From an uncultured virus (IMG/VR IMGVR_UViG_3300013115_000259) (Duplodnaviria; Heunggongvirae; Uroviricota; Caudoviricetes), in the IMG/VR virus record IMGVR_UViG_3300013115_000259: a stretch of 20,000 nucleotides of DNA; one strand, 5' to 3'. The translations under genes were made by a program, and so were the position numbers. Positions 16,559 through 20,000 of the stretch are shown piece by piece. How positions within the stretch are numbered: the first letter of the stretch is position 1; each line of letters opens with the position of its first letter. The notes under the pieces were generated by a model, which was not told where the DNA came from, did not search any database, and worked only from the letters and a program-made list of their open reading frames with translations.

Positions 16559-17146
16559 ATGGCATTTTGGTCAACCAACTTTGGTGAAGATACAACCCTT
16601 AAAGATCCAAAAAGAAAGTTTCGATTTACAGTAGAATTTCAAGGAATTCAGGCAGCACAGGGTGGTGCAATATTATGGTATGCAAAAACTGCAGCCAAGC
16701 CTAGTTTCCAGGTGGCAGAGGCAACTCATAAGTTCCTTAACCACACCTTTTATTACCCAGGTTCAGTAACATGGCAAGATATCTCTATAACGCTGGTGGA
16801 TCCAGTCGATCCAGATATGGCTGCAACTCTTTCTGACATTGTGGTACAATCAGGATATACTCCACCAACGGATGCTAATTCGTTATCTACGATGTCTAAG
16901 GCTAAGGCCGCTGGTGCTTTAGGGACAGTTATTATTACTCAAATCGATTCAGATGGAAAGCCGCTTGAAACATGGACTCTTTGGAATTCCTGGATTAAAG
17001 AAGTTAAGTATGGCGATCTAGGATATGATACCGATGATCTTACCGAAATGACGGTAGCTCTTAAATATGACTGGGCACGCGTAGAAACAGCTGGTCCCTC
17101 CGTCGCAGTTGCTGGCGCTGGTGGAACAGAATTCTTTAACGTTTAA
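16559..17146 (+). CDS. gp19: Tail tube protein (T4 gp19-like)
   Basis: 195 aa directly after the sheath. DPKRKFRF, YYPGSVTWQDISITLVD and ETWTLWNSWIKEVKYGDLGY..MTVALKYDWA match gp19-family tubes. Confidence 0.88.
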   Translation: MAFWSTNFGEDTTLKDPKRKFRFTVEFQGIQAAQGGAILWYAKTAAKPSFQVAEATHKFLNHTFYYPGSVTWQDISITLVDPVDPDMAATLSDIVVQSGYTPPTDANSLSTMSKAKAAGALGTVIITQIDSDGKPLETWTLWNSWIKEVKYGDLGYDTDDLTEMTVALKYDWARVETAGPSVAVAGAGGTEFFNV

Positions 17147-17171
17147 AGATTGATAAAACAAGAGGTGTAAA

Positions 17172-18029
17172 TTGTCAAGAAATAAAGGACGCTCAGGGGG
17201 CGCCCAACAACCGGACACAAGTCCACCACCACAAGTACTACAAGGGGAGCCTAGCGGTTTCTCCTTTGTTGTTCCTACAGAATTTGTGGAACTACCTTCA
17301 GGGGGTGAGCTATATCCGGAAGGGCATCCGCTCCATGGCGAGAGTACGATTGAGATACGTCAGATGACGGCGAAAGAAGAGGACTTGCTTACGTCCAGAA
17401 CCCTCCTTAAAAAAGGTGTAGCCCTGGACAGGGTGTTAGCTAATTTGATCGTAGACAAGCGCATTGACGGCGATTCTCTGTTGGTAGGAGATCGCAATGC
17501 GATCATCATTGCTATGAGAGTATCGGGATATGGTAATGATTATAATACTAAGGTAACATGTCCAGCCTGTAATGAGACTCAAGAATTTAATTTTGATTTG
17601 AACGAGGCTAATATCTACCACGGAGAGACAGAGAAAGAAGGTTGGGACATTACAGATAATGGAAATGGAACATTTGATCTTGTGCTTCCGAAGACACAGG
17701 TAACCGTAACCTTTAGGCTCTTAACGGGCAAAGATGAAAAAGCTCTATTCAGTGGAATGGAACAAGATCGTAAGCGCAAGACTTATGAGCAGACTGTGAC
17801 GCGTCAATTGGTAAATACAGTTGTGGCAGTCAATGGAGACAATTCTCCAGAAGCAATTAATTATTTGATTAATAATATTCCTTCATTAGATTCGAGGCAT
17901 ATTAGGCTTGCTTATCGCTTTGTGGCACCCAATGTTGATTTGACTCAACACTTTGAGTGCGGCGAGTGTGACTATGCGCAAGATATGGAGGTTCCGCTCA
18001 GCGCGGACTTTTTTTGGCCTGACCGGTGA
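17172..18029 (+). CDS. T4 gp26-like baseplate-hub / tail assembly chaperone
   Basis: 285 aa, TTG start with AGAGGT RBS. VELPSGG..YP and IRQMTAKEEDLL, two CxxC pairs (CPAC, CGEC), ending ADFFWPDR. Located between the tube and tape measure genes. Confidence 0.75.
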   Translation: MSRNKGRSGGAQQPDTSPPPQVLQGEPSGFSFVVPTEFVELPSGGELYPEGHPLHGESTIEIRQMTAKEEDLLTSRTLLKKGVALDRVLANLIVDKRIDGDSLLVGDRNAIIIAMRVSGYGNDYNTKVTCPACNETQEFNFDLNEANIYHGETEKEGWDITDNGNGTFDLVLPKTQVTVTFRLLTGKDEKALFSGMEQDRKRKTYEQTVTRQLVNTVVAVNGDNSPEAINYLINNIPSLDSRHIRLAYRFVAPNVDLTQHFECGECDYAQDMEVPLSADFFWPDR

Positions 18030-18282
18030 GTATATGGAGAGCGTGTATGAACAGTTCTTCTTCATGAAATATTCAGGAGGATGGAGCTTTTCAGAGGCTT
18101 ATAATTTACCGGTTGGCTTGAGGAAGTGGTTTGTAGAAAGATTGATTAAACAGCTACAAGCAGAGAAAGAGGCAATTGAAAGCGCATCAGGCGGCAGTGC
18201 AGGCAGTAAAGCTCAAACATTAACGTCACGTAACCAGCCACAAATGCCCCCACAACTAGCGAATAGAAGGAGACAGGGTTAG
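18010..18282 (+). CDS. Small gp51-like / gpT-like chaperone ORF, probably a frameshift extension of the upstream gene (alternative own start ATG 18034)
   Basis: +1 frame relative to 17172..18029, overlapping it at T7 (18009-18015). FFGLTGEYMESVYEQFFFMKYSGGWSFSEAYNLPVGLRKWFVERL resembles the helical W-S-x-x-E..P...R.W pattern of chaperone extensions. Confidence 0.7.
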   Translation, partial: FFGLTGEYMESVYEQFFFMKYSGGWSFSEAYNLPVGLRKWFVERLIKQLQAEKEAIESASGGSAGSKAQTLTSRNQPQMPPQLANRRRQG

Positions 18283-18296
18283 ACCTGTCTTTTTTT
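18271..18296 (+). terminator. Rho-independent terminator
   Basis: AGACAGG-gttaga-CCTGTCT followed by T6. The stop codon lies in the loop. Confidence 0.8.
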
Positions 18297-18303
18297 GTAG
18301 CAA

Positions 18304-18311
18304 ACTATTTA
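18304..18311 (+). promoter_or_regulatory. ACTATTTA box, putative late promoter for the tape measure gene
   Basis: Exact octamer after the terminator, upstream of GTG 18341. Confidence 0.65.
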
Positions 18312-18340
18312 CCTTAGTAACAATATAAGAGGATTTTATT

Positions 18341-20000
18341 GTGGCTAAAACCCCAAACCAGATACAAGCAGAACTTAATAAGCTTCTGGAAGAAAACAAA
18401 AGTATTACAACTGAGATAGCTGCACTTACCGGTGAAGAGCTAACGAAACAAATTAGCATAAATGCTAGCAATGAAGAGCTTCTTGTACCGCTCAAAAAGC
18501 AGTTAGAACTTCGCCAGCAAATCGCTGACAAGTTGAAAGAGGAACTTCAAACCGCCCAGCAACAGGCGACACAGGCAGCTGCGATCTACAAAGATCAAGA
18601 GGAAGCTCATCGTGCTCGCCTCGACGCTTTTGCTGCAGAAAAACGACACTTGGAGTCCCTTCACGAGCTTGGCGAATTAGATGCCAAGCAATTACGTGAA
18701 GCGTTAGAACTGCTAGATAAGAAAAAGAAGAAATTAGAAGAAATTGTAAGCGTTGCCAAAGCGCTGGGTGAAGAGTTGGAAGGCGCCTTTGGTATGGACT
18801 ATAGTGTTAATTTTGTTGGCACTATGAACAAAATAGGAACAGCCCTAAGCACTACAGAAGGCGCTGCCATGCTCTTCCAAAAAGCAATGGTAGGCATTGC
18901 CACCGCTGCTATAAATAATATGGTTGGACTGGTCAAGGCGCTATATGATGCAGAGAATGAGTTTCGAAAAGCAACAGGCGCCTCAGTTGAGTTTGCTAGT
19001 AGTCTGCGAGATGTCTATGAAACTACAAGAATAGCCGGCGCAACGATAGAAGACGCTTCAGCCGCAATGACATCGTTGCATGGCACATATACCGATTTCA
19101 CAATGCAAAGTAAAGCTACACGCGAAGAGCTAGCGGAAACCGCAGTTGTTCTCGGTAGATTGGGCGTCGGACACGAAGAGTTTGCCAAAGGCGTACAGAT
19201 GTCTACGAAGGCTTTTGGTGTATCTGCAGGAATGGCTGACAATACTATGCGCGAACTGGTGGCGCATGCTAAAGATTTAGGAGTAGCTCCTCAGAGGATG
19301 ATGCAAGATTTTGCAGGCGCCGGCAACACTCTCGCTAAGTTTGGAGATCAGGGCGTAAAAGCATTTAAAGATATGCAGTACGCCGCAAAGATCACTGGTA
19401 TGGAAATGGACAAGATCCTAGGCATTGCGAATAAGTTTGACACATTTGAAGATGCAGCAGGCATGGCAGGCAAGCTGAACGCAGCGCTGGGTGGCAACTT
19501 TGTTAATGCTATGGACATGATGATGGAAACGGATCCTGCCGAAAGATTCAACATGGTTCGCGACTCTATTCTAGATGCTGGTTTAAGCTTCGATGAGATG
19601 AGTTATTACCAGAAACAATTTTATACAGAATCCCTAGGACTTTCTGATGTTGGCGATCTGGCGATGATGCTTTCAGGAAACATGGATGGCTTAACGGGAG
19701 CACTTGGAAAGAATAGCGATGCTTTAGTTGCGCAAAAGAAAAACGCTGCAGCCGTTCAAAAGCTTTCAGAACAATGGAATGCTGTCTTAGCGGAATCGGT
19801 TGTTATAATAGAGCCTCTTATTGATTTGCTGAGAGGTTTTATGGGCTTTCTTATAGAATATAGTGAAATAGTTGCAGCGCTTATAGTGGGTTCCATGGCA
19901 TATATAGCTGTAATGAAGGTTCAATCTATATGGACAGCAACCTTGGCTTTGGCTCAAGGCTCTTTGGCTACGGCAACTTGGATGACTGCTGTTAAAATGG
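18341..20000 (+). CDS. Tape measure protein (3'-truncated by the window edge)
   Basis: Not in the ORF track, presumably because it has no stop in the window. GTG start with AAGAGG RBS (MAKTPNQIQAELNKLLEE...). The frame was open wherever spot-checked up to the window end. Ala/Glu/Lys/Met-rich helical sequence following the tube and chaperone genes. Confidence 0.82.
   Translation, partial: MAKTPNQIQAELNKLLEENKSITTEIAALTGEELTKQISINASNEELLVPLKKQLELRQQIADKLKEELQTAQQQATQAAAIYKDQEEAHRARLDAFAAEKRHLESLHELGELDAKQLREALELLDKKKKKLEEIVSVAKALGEELEGAFGMDYSVNFVGTMNKIGTALSTTEGAAMLFQKAMVGIATAAINNMVGLVKALYDAENEFRKATGASVEFASSLRDVYETTRIAGATIEDASAAMTSLHGTYTDFTMQSKATREELAETAVVLGRLGVGHEEFAKGVQMSTKAFGVSAGMADNTMRELVAHAKDLGVAPQRMMQDFAGAGNTLAKFGDQGVKAFKDMQYAAKITGMEMDKILGIANKFDTFEDAAGMAGKLNAALGGNFVNAMDMMMETDPAERFNMVRDSILDAGLSFDEMSYYQKQFYTESLGLSDVGDLAMMLSGNMDGLTGALGKNSDALVAQKKNAAAVQKLSEQWNAVLAESVVIIEPLIDLLRGFMGFLIEYSEIVAALIVGSMAYIAVMKVQSIWTATLALAQGSLATATWMTAVKM

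Noticed and set aside
13586..18282. Extracellular contractile injection system or tailocin interpretation
   Set aside because: A major capsid protein, scaffold and neck genes are present, so this is a complete phage morphogenesis module.
29..19554. All minus-strand ORFs in the track (e.g. 539..970, 1534..1947, 6597..7391, 10527..10784)
   Set aside because: They are shadows of well-supported + strand genes, with no recognisable motifs and composition that mirrors the sense codons.

Overview
This window is the virion-structure (late) region of a large T4-related myovirus, probably a jumbo phage. All convincing genes lie on the + strand. In order it holds: two small probable head-associated proteins; a phage-encoded ribosomal protein bS21; a tandem pair of paralogues; four mosaic fibre/decoration-like paralogues sharing a C-terminal domain; an acidic scaffold; a gp23-like major capsid protein; two small monocistronic genes; gp13/14/15-like neck and tail-completion genes; tail sheath; tail tube; a gp26-like/gp51-like chaperone pair; and the start of the tape measure gene. 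The most notable signals are: (i) an ACTATTTA box in most larger intergenic gaps, often directly after an intrinsic terminator, which is a candidate late promoter; (ii) a UUU-UUU-U slippery site linking the two chaperone ORFs in the +1 frame; (iii) twin hairpins with the same GUGUAUGC apex in the leader of the largest fibre gene; (iv) bS21 placed among late genes that carry strong Shine-Dalgarno sites. All assignments come from reading motifs and gene order by eye; no searches were run.
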